DNA of 64,000 nt from Octopus sinensis (lineage: Eukaryota). The position numbers were made by a program, and so were the translations under genes. The stretch is taken from contig NC_043017.1 of the NCBI RefSeq assembly GCF_006345805.1, positions 22,692,001-22,756,000 of the forward strand, given 5' to 3'. The notes under the pieces were generated by a model, which made no database searches, was not told where the DNA came from, and worked only from the letters and a program-made list of their open reading frames with translations. The first letter of the stretch is position 1; each line of letters begins with the position of its first letter. Positions 13,038 to 26,315 of this stretch are shown here, one piece after another.

Positions 13038-13194
13038 TGTCAAACAGTGGGGAATGGGGGACAAACACAAAAACAAGGACACACATAAATAGTGCCACAT
13101 AGAAAGCATTCATGGCAGTGCCACATATAAAGCACCCAGTTCACTCTGTAAAGTGGTTGGTATTAGGAAGGGCATCCAGCCATAGAAACCATGC
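13038..13194 (+). repeat. Dispersed 157-bp copy of 10833-10990
   Basis: TGTCAAACAGTGGGGAATGGGGG...TAGAAACCATGC at both loci, about 6 differences. Confidence 0.9.
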
Positions 13195-13814
13195 TGCTCT
13201 CCTCTTTCTTTAAAGGTAACAAGAATGTGATTGGAAAGAGATTTGGCTGCTATTTCTAGCTTGAGCAGGTCGAACAGCCATACAGAAGCTTCTAATATGC
13301 AATCAAGTTATTAGAAAAGAATTAGCATTCATAATTTTGGTTATATTTCTTCAGTATAAATCCTATTTAAGGTGATCTTTTATGTTACTCTTCCTCTAAA
13401 AGAGATCCCTAATGTAATTATGAGACCTAATCTAAAAATGGAATTACTTAAATAGGGGCAGGATGTTGAAACAAAGTGGAAGTTGCATATACAAAACAGA
13501 TGATTTACTATCTCAACTTTAATACCATCAAAAAGGTTTCTCAATAACAAACCTGCAACAGACTAACATTTTATCCAGGGAAGATGTGTTTTTTTATTGG
13601 TTTCTGTAATAGAAACTAAGTTTAGGTTCAATTCTATGAGAAAGCCTTGCTCGGAAAAAGAAAATTAATCAAATTCTTTAATCCTTAAATTTATCAAAAA
13701 TGGATTTTATAATTCAGATAGACTAACTTACATACATTTAAAAAAAAAAATTGGTCAGAAATTTAATTTCCTTGAGATTAAATAAAAAGTACAATTGCTG
13801 AATCTTTTATCTTT

Positions 13815-14020
13815 ATTGTTTACTTGATTCAATCATTAGACTGTGACCATGCTGGGGCACCACATTGAAGAATTTTTAGTTGAAGGAATTGATCTCAGTA
13901 CTTCTATTGTTCTCTTTTGTTGAACTGCTAATTTATGGGGATGTAAACCCACTAGTACCGGTTGTCAAGTAGTGATGGGGGACAAACACAGACACAAAGA
14001 CACACATGGATATATATATG

Positions 14021-14056
<36 letters not shown>

Positions 14057-14215
14057 CAATAGGCTTCTTTCAGTTTCCATCGAAGTCCATTCGCATGGCT
14101 TTGGTCTACCCGAGATTATAATAGGAAACACTTGCCCAAGGTGTCAGGCAGTGAGACTGAACCTGGAACCATGTAGTTGGGAAGCAAGCTTCTTACACAC
14201 GGCCATACCTGTGTC
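13815..14215 (-). mobile_element. SINE family A, diverged
   Basis: Matches the reverse complement of 36520-36912. Confidence 0.8.
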
Positions 14216-14649
14216 TATGGTTAAAATGTTGAAGTGCAGGACAAACAAGGCCATTAGTACCATACTTTGGATACTGAAATAGAATGTCAAGTTAAACTTG
14301 AACATCATTTTATAAAATAAATGCTATATAAGAAGGAATATCTACGACAGAATCAGTTCCACTGATGGAATAAAAGTAATGTTACTTAATAGTTAGGTCT
14401 CAAAATTCCAATTCCTGAATATGAATAATTCAGCGGGGAAAAGCTATAATGATAGAGAATTTAATTTAAGAATGCTCCAAGGACATTATAATTTTTTCAT
14501 TTTTTTTTCTTTTTTTAATGCGCTGCAATTAAAGTACAATAGATTGAGTTTATTAAAATGTGAAATAGACAGAAAATATGAAATACAGAAATAGGATAGA
14601 AGAATAGTATTGTTGTCTGTCCCTACTTTTGTCTCCCTCTGTTTCCCAG

Positions 14650-14667
14650 AAACAAGCGAGATCAAAG
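14650..14667 (+). CDS. Candidate 18-nt microexon AAACAAGCGAGATCAAAG
   Basis: Very strong acceptor tccctacttttgtctccctctgtttcccAG and donor AAG/GTAACA; frame-preserving and open in all three frames. Confidence 0.3.
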
Positions 14668-14794
14668 GTAACAAAACATTTCAGTGAATCAATAATTCAT
14701 TGACTAACCCACTTCCTGAGAGACTTGAAAATGGTTTTAGCTATATCATGCAAAGTAAAAGCAATACATATAGATAATGGCTCTTTTATCATGC

Positions 14795-14827
<33 letters not shown>

Positions 14828-15746
14828 GACACACACTGGACTATATATACTGTATAGTCCAGTAGCAATCGTTAATGAACAGGGTTTCTGTTCTTTACAG
14901 CTTAACTAACAGATCACGTGAGTCTTATAAGGTCCATTAGGAAAGTTACCATTTGCTTTATTTCAATTTATTTTTTATAATATACCAGGTCAGGTTCGTT
15001 ATTGTAATGAAAGACAAATTATAGCATAGGTACTGCCACATGTAGCCCAGAAAACAATTATCAGAAACTAATGAATGCATATTAATTTTTTATTTTTTTA
15101 ATCCACTTAGGTTGGGTTGTGGGGTTGTTTATGATAAAGCAATTGTTTTTAAAGGTGATTGCCCTTTCTCCCATCAGTCATTAAGCAGAGCATTTTCTCC
15201 CACATAGTCACACTAACTGGACTGAGTAGAATTATATGCTTTGTTCTGAGATGTAGTACAATAGCTATAAAAGTATTCACCATGTACCTGAACCTCATAT
15301 CTCTCTCTCTCTCTATCTCTCTTTCTTTCTTTCTTTTCAGGTGGGCAAGCTGTACACACCCTTCTTCTGTAGGACACCTGCTCCTTTTCTTTCTATCATA
15401 GTTTCTTATTCCTCCATTCTATATCCCACTCAGTTGAGGGGTCATATCTTGTAGGTACTTGGTTATCCCACCAGTGCTGGTGCCACATAAAAATCATCCT
15501 TAAGTGTTTGGTATTAGGAAGGACATCCAGTTGTAAAAACCATATCAAAGCAGATATAGAATCTAGTGCAGCCCTTTGACTTACCTGTTCTTGTCACACC
15601 ATCCACCCCATACCATCATGGAAAAGGAGATGTTAAATGACAACGATGATGATGATATTTGCACCAATATACCTGTATTGCATGTGTGTGTGTGTGTGCA
15701 TGCAGGTATATATATGTATTTATGTATTTTAAGGAGATATATTTAA

Positions 15747-15967
15747 CCCTTTCATTACCAGCCCGGCTGAAACCAGCTTTGGTTCTGTAGTACAAATGTC
15801 TTGTTTTCATAAATTTTGAATTAGAATCTTCCACCAAACCTTAGTCACAATTTATGTTCCTAACACTAGCTTAATGATAACTACGTTATTTTACTAAATT
15901 TTCTGCTATATTTTAAATAATTGAAAGAAACACAGAGCATCTCAAAATAAATATGGTAACAAAAGGG
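15747..15967. mobile_element. piggyBac-like MITE (second family) with TTAA TSD
   Basis: TIRs CCCTTTCATTACCA / TGGTAACAAAAGGG; TTAA at 15743-15746 and 15968-15971. Confidence 0.85.
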
Positions 15968-16619
15968 TTAAGTGTTTTTGTCTTTTGCAGGATTCAAGCA
16001 AGTCATGAACAATGTGGCAAGGGTTTTTTCAAGTCAACTCAGCAGTTGGGAGTTTGTGGTCACCTGAAAGGGTTAGCGTGTATATGTATGTGTAAACATG
16101 TGTGTGCAGGTGAATGTGTGTGCATGCCTGTAGTGAGTGTGTATGTTACATTACTACACAGGAGTATATGTTTCATTATTGTGTGTATGTGTGAATGTGG
16201 AGTGGGGAACTCCAGATGTATGTGTGATTATGTGCAGACATTCACCCAGGAACCTTAACTGGAGAATCCCTGGAATTCTTTTTAATTTTTCTCTGTATTC
16301 CTGACTGTTTTTAGAGAATTTGAGGCAGTCTGCTGTGTTGTTTTCTTTTCCTAACATTTCTAGGGCTTCGTTTTATGCAGAATTTTTGTTATGTAGCCTA
16401 CTGCACCCATACATATGCAATTGTGTGTGTTTATGTGAGTGTTTTAGCACATATATACATATACTTGTGTGCATGCATGTGTGTGGTATAAACATGTATG
16501 TTCTACTTTAATCCCTAGGCGACCACCTAGGGATTAGAGTAGAACATCAAAAGGCATTGATCAAAGAGAAAATACTAAAGTCATGAATGGTTTAAAAAAA
16601 TTTATGCTGTCTAAAATAG

Positions 16620-16681
16620 GAAATCACATATCGTTTTGGAACGATTTCAATTTTAAACAATGCATCAAGAAAATGGAAGAG
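16620..16681 (+). CDS. Candidate internal exon, (G)NHISFWNDFNFKQCIKKMEE, or EITYRFGTISILNNASRKWK in another phase
   Basis: gctgtctaaaatAG acceptor, GAG/GTGAGA donor; no homology recognised. Confidence 0.25.
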
Positions 16682-16930
16682 GTGAGATACATGCACTCAA
16701 GAGACTAATTCATAATGTGCTAACAGGAAACCAGTAAACTCAGCACTAACCTAAACACAACATGGCCAGCATTTCTCAAATGAGATGTAATTGCTATTAG
16801 TGTGGTGGGTCAGAAGGTAGTTGCAGCTGCATTAGAAATAAAAGTTCTGAGTTCAAACTCATTCTGTTTAATGGAGATATAGAAGAAAAACAATGTACTG
16901 AAACTCTTGCTTTTATCAAATTCAGTAAAG

Positions 16931-17620
16931 TCATCATCATCATCATCATCATTTAACATCTGCTTTCCATGCTGGCATGGGTTAGACGGTTTGACCGGAA
17001 CTGGTAAGCCGGGGAGCTGCACCAGGTTCCGGTCTGATTTGGCTTGGTTTCTATGGCTGAACTCCCTTCCTAATGCCAACCACTCCAAGAGTGTAATGGG
17101 TGCATTTTACATGCCATCAACAGGTGTGCCATTTATATGACACCAGCATCAGCCGCAACTATGTTTTCATGGGTGCCACTTACATGGCACAGACAACAGC
17201 CATGACTATGGTTTCAGTTGGCCTGAAGAGTCTTCTCAAGCACAGCATATCGCCTAAGTCTTGGTCACTTGTCATCATCTCTGCAAGGCTCAATATTGAA
17301 GATCATGCTTCCAGCAATGGCCACAGTTATGATTTCACAGGTGCCATTCACGTAACACTAGCAACGGCTATCACTATGGTTTCACTTGGCTTGGTGAGTC
17401 TTCTCAAGCACAGCATATCACCAAAGTCTCGGTCACTAATCATCACCTCCATGAGACCCAACATTCAAAGATCATGCGACCAGCAACGGCCATGATTAAG
17501 ATTTCACAGGTTCCATTTACATGATACTAGCAATGATCACAACTACAGTTTCACTTGGCTTGATGAGTCTTCTCAAACACAGCTTATTGTCAAGTTCTCA
17601 ATCACTTGTCATCACCACCA
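16931..17620 (-). mobile_element. Family C copy whose extension is amplified into about three 168-169-bp tandem units
   Basis: GTCTTCTCAA(G/A)CACAGC at 17230, 17398 and 17567. Confidence 0.85.
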
Positions 17621-17928
17621 TGGGGCCCAGTAACATGTTCATAGTTATTCATAATTACAAATAAGTTTATGTATTCAGTACATAATCCCTTTCATGTCTA
17701 TATTTTCCTGTTTATGAAATAAGATCCAATATATGATTGTTTAAACCATTGATACTAATCTATGTGAGATTAACTTTAATTCTGACCTCTAGTCTAGTGG
17801 TGGTCTGTCCCTGCCCATGGGCAGGTCCTATGCATGTACAATCTGAGAGGGCCCATACCCTCCACCTGTCACCATTAGATAGATTACTGGAACTTTGGCA
17901 ATGCTGACTAAACTTTAGATGAATACTG

Positions 17929-18236
17929 TTGTTTTGTTTGTTCCTTCTCGAGCCATGCCTGGCTCATAAGGGCCGGTTTCCTGGTTTCTTTGGCGTATAG
18001 GTTCCCCACCTGGATGGGATGCTAGTCTGTTACAGGTGAGCCACAAGATGCAGGAGGAAAGAGTGAGAGAAAGTTGTGGCAAAATTGTCAGCAGAAGTTC
18101 GCCATTACCTTCTGCCGGAGCCACGTGGAGCTTAGGTGTTTTCGCTCATAAACACACACATCGCTCGGTCTGAGATTCGAAGCCACGATCCTGTGACCGC
18201 GAGTCTGCTGCTCTAACCACAAGGCCATGTGCCTCA
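17929..18236 (-). mobile_element. SINE family D, near full length
   Basis: Minus-strand head GAGGCACATGGCCTTGTGGTTAGAGCAGCAGACTCGCGG...GCTTCGAATCTC; 3' end GGCTCGAGAAGGAACAAAC. Confidence 0.85.
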
Positions 18237-19629
18237 ATGTAGATGAATACTAGAGTAGTTCTCTGTTGCCTTCTCCTGGTTGGTGGGATCTGAACTCAGA
18301 TTGTAGTGCCAGAAGATATGCCATAAAGTATTTCTGCTGATGCCTCAATAATGCTGCCACTCTCCCACCCACAGAGCAACGTAAAATGAAGTGCTTTGCT
18401 CAAAAACACGACATGCCACCCAGTTCAGGCATCAAACCCATAATTCTGAGTGCAGCGCCCTCACCACTAAGCCATTGCACCTTCACCAATTCTATGATAC
18501 AAAACTGCATTTTAAAGTATTTGTATTTAAATCAAAGTCTTCCAGGATAATTTTAGGCAAGGAAACGTTTGGTAAGTTATGTTCCAAACACTGGTCTTTC
18601 CATAGTCTTGATTCTATTCAAAATTAATTAAAACACTGTATTCCATCAGTAATATAATCCTAAAATGATTTTTTTAAATAATCTTGGGAGGACTTGATCC
18701 TTTGCATACAGTATTGAAAATATTAATTTCGATATTAGTTATTCATGTTATTAAACTCTTGTGTTATTAAGCAAATTCACAAAAGTTACTCAATTATATT
18801 ACCTTGACCTGAAGTTTTCCTTTTTCTAATGACTTGGCATAATGTCCAACATGTATTTGATTAAATTATATTATTCAGTTAGCTTTCCAGTAATGGTCAT
18901 CCTACCTGTATTCAATGCGCTGTCCTATGGATTAGGTCGTAGAAGATACAGTATTAGCATTTAAGGTTATAATGATGTGAATCAAGATTTAGAAGATTTG
19001 TAGATTCAATTAATTATTGGTTCAATTATAGCTAGCCATACACTCTCTTTCACTCTTTTACTAGTTTCAGTCACTGGACTCTGGCCATACTGTAGCACAG
19101 CTTTCAAGTCATTTCATGGTACCTTCGAAACACGCATTGAGTCGAAACAGGGGCAGCTGATGAAGGGGAATATTCCTTGTATTGCTTGTCTTGTACTCTG
19201 TTTTTCCATTGTTAAAAAAAAGTCCGTTTCCTTGTTTGATTTTATGTTTTCGCTTCTCGTGTTCTACGTTTATTTGTGGTGTCCTGTACTCATATATATA
19301 TATATGCATGTATATATACATATAGATGTAGGTATGTACATATATGTATGTATGTATTCATATGTTTTATTTATTAAATTGTTAATATCTAATCCAAGAC
19401 TTATTTTAATCTGATACTTATTTCATCTAGCCCTGTTTATTCAAAGGTCAAAGTTACCTTTTTGTTATAAGGGGATATTACTTGATACACCAAGTTATAG
19501 TAGTGTGCAGCAACAACATAGATGTACATATGTATATATAAAATGCAAGTGTGGTTGTGTGGTAAAAAAATGTTTGTGATTCAGTCTTACTGTGTGGCAC
19601 CTTGGCTAGAATAACTTTTATCATAGGAT

Positions 19630-19932
19630 TGCTGTTTGTTCCTTCTCGAGCCACACCTGGCTCATAGGGCCTTTTCCTAGTTTCCTTGGCGTATAGGTTC
19701 CCCAACTGGACAGGACACTGGTCCATTACAGGTGAGCTGCAAGATGCAGGAGGAAAGAGAGAGAGAAAGTTGTGGCGAAAGAGTCAGCAGAAGTTCGCCA
19801 TTACCTTCTGCCAGAGCCGCGTGGAGCTTAGGTGTTTCGCTCGTAAACACACACATCGCCCAGTCTGAGATTTGAACCTGCGATCCCTCGACCGCGAGTC
19901 TGCTGCTCTAACCACTAGGCCATGTGCCTCCA
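19630..19932 (-). mobile_element. SINE family D, near full length (third, deleted copy at about 41541-41806)
   Basis: Aligns to 17929-18236 over its whole length. Confidence 0.85.
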
Positions 19933-20118
19933 CTTATCATAGGATTACCAGGGGCTAAACAAGAAGAACAACAACATCACTACTTGCAGCAAGATGGAGA
20001 ATATGCAAACAGTAAAAATACTAAGCTCTTTATAGAAAAATCACCTTGAAAGAAATAGCAGCCAAAACCCTCCCAAATCATACCCTACAAATTTTAAAAA
20101 CAAATGGAATACACATTT

Positions 20119-20400
20119 ATCATCATCATCATCATCATCATCGTTTAACGTCCGTTCTCCATGCTAGCATGGGTTGGAAGGTTCGACCGGGGATCTGGGA
20201 AGCCAGAAGGCTGCACCAGGCTCCAGTCTGATCTGGCAATGTTTCTACAGCTGGATGCCATTCCTAACGCCAACCACTCCATGAGTGTAGTGGGTGCTTT
20301 TTACATGCCACCAGCACAGGTGCCAGGCGAGGCTGGCAACGGCCACAATCGGATTGGTGCATTTTACGTGCCACCGGCACGGAAGCCAGTCTAAGCGGCG
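20119..20400 (-). mobile_element. Family C retroposon
   Basis: (CAT)n plus family C body. Confidence 0.85.
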
Positions 20401-20651
20401 CTGAGTCAGTCAAGGCCAGAAATCCGTTGATCCATAAATCTGCTTAAGAAGGTTAAGCTCAGACTAAACTGTTCTTTGACATTTAACTGATCAATAAAAT
20501 TAGTACCGGTAATGTATTAGGGTTGAATTATGATATTATACAAATAAACATCTTGCTTTGCTTCTCGTTCTTACAATATGTAACTCAGGATGATTCATTA
20601 TTCCATGTGTTTTAAACTAACCTCATGTAAGACATTAAAATTCATACATAT

Positions 20652-20690
<39 letters not shown>

Positions 20691-21139
20691 ATTCCCATCT
20701 AAATCTTTCTATGCATATTAATCTCCCAAGCATATGATCCAATTATACTCTATTTTAATGATAAAAATACAGGTGTATTCTGGGGACATTAAACTCATTT
20801 CTCTGACAATAACAGGCCTTGAGTACAATAAAGGCAGAATTAAATGAGGTGACTTGTATTGGAATCACTGAAATTAATAAAATGTCTCTGAAATACACAC
20901 TTACAGTTTCCCAACCACACCTTTTAACAGCTGCATTCACTCACTCACCCCAGACACATTGTTATCAATTCCTAATAACATGATGGATATGAAAGTCGAT
21001 GCCATCATGAGTGTCAGATAAGATAGTTCTGGAATTTTCATTACAATTTTTGTTGGTGTTTAATCTTCTCAGGCATCACTAAATTCGAGTCTTTTCCATG
21101 AACACACACACACACACATACTCACATGAATCCTCAGGC

Positions 21140-21140
21140 A

Positions 21141-21189
<49 letters not shown>

Positions 21190-21367
21190 GTGCACCCATA
21201 AAAGTGCAAATACATACTAACTCATTTTTATGTGCACAGCTCATCCATCCATCCATCCATCCATTCATCCCTTATGCACACACACACTCACTCATCTGTG
21301 TATATATGTATATATATATCTTACACAAACTCCATTTTGCACAGATATTCTTGGGTATGTACATTTT

Positions 21368-21417
<50 letters not shown>

Positions 21418-21515
21418 ATATATATATATATATATGTATATGTATATATGTATATGTATATATGTATATATATATAATGTATATATATATAATATGTATA
21501 TATGTATATGTATAT

Positions 21516-21567
<52 letters not shown>

Positions 21568-21573
21568 TGTATA

Positions 21574-21610
<37 letters not shown>
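21140..21610. repeat. Compound (TA)n / TATG microsatellite cluster
   Basis: Direct reading. Confidence 0.9.
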
Positions 21611-21615
<5 letters not shown>

Positions 21616-21877
21616 TGTTCAGTCTCATACACACACACACACATGTATCTCTTTTCTTCTCACATATGAGTAAGTTTATAGGCATGTGCATATATTTGCT
21701 CTCTATCTCCCTTTTACAAACACACACACACACACACACACACACAAATACATGCACATGTGCACACTAACCAGTTGACAATGGTGACCTTTTAAAGTAA
21801 ATAACATGCTTGATATCCTTGTTTGATAATGTTATAATAACTGACTGCGATATTTCTATGGCGGCACTATAGTTATG

Positions 21878-21914
<37 letters not shown>

Positions 21915-22186
21915 TCATACTCAACAAGATAAGGTTAACCAGACTTCAAGCAATTAATACTCTCTTCCTGCGTTTTATTACCCAGATTAACTAACTTGAG
22001 ATTTTACAAATTTCTTCAGTTTCATCTTAAATACAAAAGTAATGAAATGAGGAAATTAAAAGATAAAGCTGATCCGGTACTTTTGCTGATTCTTGATGCT
22101 AAGGTTGACAATTGTGATAGCAATATTTGTGATGCTCATCAGGTTTTTCATGCTGATGATGCTGTTTTCAGACTATGGCAATATTT

Positions 22187-22317
22187 GTAGCGGTTCGGCA
22201 AAAGAGACCGATAGAATAAGTACTGGGCTTACAAAGAATAAGTCCCGGGGTCGAGTTGCTCGATTAAAGGCGGTGCTCCAGCATGGCCGCAGTCAAATGA
22301 CTGAAACAAGTAAAAAA

Positions 22318-22350
<33 letters not shown>

Positions 22351-22420
22351 CGAGTTGCTCGATTAAAGGCAGTGCTCCGGCATGGCCGCAGTCAAATGAC
22401 TGAAACAAGTAAAAGAGTAT
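22187..22420 (+). mobile_element. 5'-truncated SINE A with poly(A), followed by a second copy of its last ~65 nt
   Basis: CGAGTTGCTCGATTAAAGGC...GAAACAAGTAAAA occurs at about 22252 and 22351. Confidence 0.85.
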
Positions 22421-22434
22421 ATAAATTTATGGCT

Positions 22435-22592
22435 CTGAAGTAAGTAGCTTGCTTACCAATCACATGGTTCTAGGTTCTCATTCCACTGCATGGCACCTTG
22501 GGCAAGTGTCTTCTACTATAGCCTCAGGCCGACCAAAGCCTTATGAGTGGATTTGGTAGAGAGAAACTGAAAGAAGCCTGTCATATATATGA

Positions 22593-22646
<54 letters not shown>

Positions 22647-22857
22647 TTGTTTGTGTCTGTTTGTACCCAACCCCACCATCGCTTGACAACCAATATTGGT
22701 GTGTTTACGTCCCCTTCACTTAGCAGTTCAGCAAGAGACAAATGGAATAATTACTAGGCTTAGAAAGAATAATTCCTGGAGTTGATTTGGTCGACTAAAA
22801 GCAGTGGCTCCAGCATGGCCACAATCAAATGACAAACAAACAAAAGAATAAAAGAAT

Positions 22858-22860
<3 letters not shown>
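22435..22860 (+). mobile_element. SINE family A, diverged
   Basis: AAGTAGCTTGCTTACCAATCACATGG head, CCTTGGGCAAGTGTCTT core, internal (TA)n(TG)n. Confidence 0.85.
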
Positions 22861-22891
<31 letters not shown>

Positions 22892-23025
22892 ATATATATA
22901 TATATATAGTCCAACCCATGCTAGCATGGAAAACGGACGCTAAATGATGATGATGATGATGATATATGTATATATAGATACATACATACATATATATATA
23001 TGTATCTGTCTATATATATATATGA

Positions 23026-23077
<52 letters not shown>

Positions 23078-23097
23078 CCATCTATATATATATGAAC

Positions 23098-23163
<66 letters not shown>

Positions 23164-23683
23164 ATATATATGTATCTATCTATATATATATGAACATATA
23201 TATATATATATGTGTGTGTGTATCTATCTATCTATCTATATATATATATTGCGTGTGTGTTGTATGTCGGTGTGTGTGAGTGTGTGCTGTACAAGTGTTA
23301 TATGTGGTGTGCATGTATGTGCAATTGCTGTATGTGTACTATGTATGTTTTTGTATGTGAGTGCGTTGTGCATGCACCAATGTGTGTGTGTGTGTATGTG
23401 TATGTGTGTGTATGTGTATGTGTGTGTGTGTGCATGTGTGTGTGTGTGCATGTGTGTGTGTGTGTTGTGTGTGTGTATTTGTTTGTGTCTGTTTGTACCC
23501 AACCCCACCATCGCTTGACAACCAATATTGGTGTGTTACGTCCCCTTCACTTAGCAGTTCAGCAAGAGACAAATGGAATAATTACTAGGCTTAGAAAGAA
23601 TAATTCCTGGAGTTGATTTGGTCGACTAAAAGCAGTGGCTTCAGCATGGCCACAATCAAATGACAACAAACAAAAGAATAAAA

Positions 23684-23730
<47 letters not shown>

Positions 23731-23790
23731 GTATATATAGATACATACATACATATATATATATATGTATCTGTCTATATATATATATGA

Positions 23791-23841
<51 letters not shown>

Positions 23842-23865
23842 GTATCCATCTATATATATATGAAC

Positions 23866-23933
<68 letters not shown>

Positions 23934-24235
23934 TATATATGTATCTATCTATATATATATGAACATATATATATATATATGTGTGTGTGTATCTATCTAT
24001 CTATCTATATATATATATGCGTGTGTGTTGTATGTCGGTGTGTGTGAGTGTGTGCTGTACAAGTGTTATATGTGGTGTGCATGTATGTGCAATTGCTGTA
24101 TGTGTACTATGTATGTTTTTGTATGTGAGTGCGTTGTGCATGCACCAATGTGTGTGTGTGTGTATGTGTATGTGTGTGTATGTGTATGTGTGTGTGTGTG
24201 CATGTGTGTGTGTGTGCATGTGTGTGTGTGTGTGT
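22643..24235. repeat. Tandem duplication of about 0.8 kb (SINE A 3' half plus microsatellite mosaic)
   Basis: Blocks recur with offsets 832 (22643/23475) and 768 (23251/24019); junctions lie in (GT)n. Confidence 0.85.
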
Positions 24236-24933
24236 GGTGGGGGAAAATGACTTCTGACTGTAATTGTAATGATATTAATATCAACATTAGCAATGGAGTC
24301 ACCAGTGATGGCAAAGCTATTACAAATGATAGCAAATGGTGGTGGTGGTGGTGGTGGTCTCACTAAAGGGAATGATGATAATCTTGGTGACAGCAATGCT
24401 AACGATGGTCTACTGATCTCGGCGACATTAATTTTTGCAGTGATTATGGTGGCAGTGGTTGTGGTGGTAGCGTGAGGAGCCGGGAGGCGGCGATAACAGT
24501 GATAGGGTTGATGGTTACGCTATTGATGATAATACATACGTTGATGAGGGCAACATTAACGCTATAATACTAATGCCACTGCAGCTATTTGATACTGGTA
24601 ATTATGTTTCTGTTGATAAAGCAGATGACGATCTTGGCAAACTTGTGACTAACTATAATGATGATAACCATCATCATCATCATCATTATCATATTTCAAC
24701 TAATGATGATGATTAATGATGGCTGTGGTGGTGGTCATGGTGATAATGGCGGATGTTGGTTATCTTTAGATACGAATGCTATTACCTTGCTAACTGTCAT
24801 GTTCACTAGCAGTCAGCAGCAAATGATAAACCTCTCCTTGGATGACATAAGGCTTTTAGCATCTTCTAAGCCATTTGTGCTTGCTAAAAGATGATTACTT
24901 CTACAACAAAGAGATTTTGAAAATATTCTAGAG

Positions 24934-25351
24934 TAATGGTTCTCAACCATTTTTTACCTATGAAACTCATTTGATTTCTGTTTTACTCTAGAACTTATTC
25001 GATCAGTCTCTTTTGCCGAACCGCTAAGTTACAGGAATTTGAATACACCAACATCAGTTGTCAAGCAATGGTGGGGGGGGGGCAAACACAGACACACAAA
25101 CATACACACACACACATATATATATACATACAACAAGCTTCTTTCAGTTTCTGTCTACCAAATCCATTCACAAGGCTTTGGTTAGCCCGAGGCTATAGTA
25201 GAAGACAATTGCCCAAGTTGCTATGTAATGGGACAAAATTGAAATATTTTATGTATTGTAGAAGTAGCACCAATTCATTGCACATAAATTTTAAAGACAA
25301 AATCTTACATGGACCCCCAAAGGTCAAGCAGACCCCAGTTGAGAGCCACTG
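24934..25351. mobile_element. Diverged hAT (Charlie-like) MITE with a nested SINE A fragment at about 24993-25225
   Basis: Termini TAATGGTTCTCAACC / GTTGAGAGCCACTG; TSD not preserved. Confidence 0.6.
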
Positions 25352-25859
25352 GTCAAGTCTGATCATTGTTTGGGAGTAACTTTTATTTAACAAACATCAT
25401 CAAATGACAATTAATGCAACATTAAATAGTCATCATCATTATTATTGTTTCTCCGTGTTTGCATTGGTCAGATAAAATTAATTAAGGCAGATTTTCAATG
25501 GCTGGATGATCTTGTTGTTGCAAGCCCTTCACCAGTCTTCAATGCAAGGTGATATCTGCCCTTAATCCAGATGTTCTTCACAGAAGATTGCAAATACACA
25601 GCAGTTTATATGACAGTGAATGGTTGTTGGCAACAACCACATGATGTCAAAACAAGGTGACACAAATACATACTCATGTGCACATGTACACACACATGTG
25701 TGCACATGCAGTTAAGTGCAGCTGTACTCTATCATTCAAAAATTTTATTCCCAACGAGGTTTGGGGTTCAGTGTTATTGTGTGGCACTGGGGCAAGCATT
25801 TTCTAGTATAGTCCTGGGCTGACCAAAGGTAGATTTGGTAGAGGGAAACTGAAAGGAAA

Positions 25860-26315
25860 TTGTCACATACATATGCATACTTTGTGTGGGTGTGTGTGTG
25901 TGTGTGTGTGTGTGCACATCACATCCGTCCATGTGTGTGTGTATGTGTGTGCACATCTGTTCATGTGTGTGGATGTGTTTGTGAGAGTGTAAATGTGTGC
26001 ATGCATGTATGTGAATGCATGCATATGGGCATATGTGTATGTTTGTTTGTGTGCATATACCTGTGCACATGCATGTGTGCATATGAATGTGTGTGAGCAT
26101 GCATGTTTGTGTATGCATGCATGTTTATGCATGCATCTGTGTGTATCCATGCATGTGTGTGTATGCATGCCTGTGTGTATGTGTTTGAGAATGTGTGAGT
26201 GCATGCATATATGTGCATGTGTGTGTGTTTGTGTATGTGTGTGTATGTGCACATGCATGCAAGCATATGAATGTGTGTGTGAGCATGCATGTGTGTGTGT
26301 GTGTGTGTGTGTGTT
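25860..26315. repeat. Degenerate (TG)n / GCAT microsatellite mosaic
   Basis: Direct reading; source of the HTHT and CVCV ORFs. Confidence 0.9.

Noticed and set aside
15341-15460. Very strong acceptor after (CT)n/(CTTT)n
   Set aside because: The pyrimidine tract is a microsatellite and the downstream sequence runs into repeat-derived sequence
19125-19185. Canonical CTGATGA next to CGAAAC in a Penelope-like repeat
   Set aside because: GAAAC lies upstream with only 8 nt before CTGATGA, and the stem after the core is not followed by GAAA, so no hammerhead topology closes
24236-24894. GAT/GGT-rich ORFs with Gly, His or Ile runs
   Set aside because: Degenerate trinucleotide low-complexity sequence, with stops in all frames over the span and no domain
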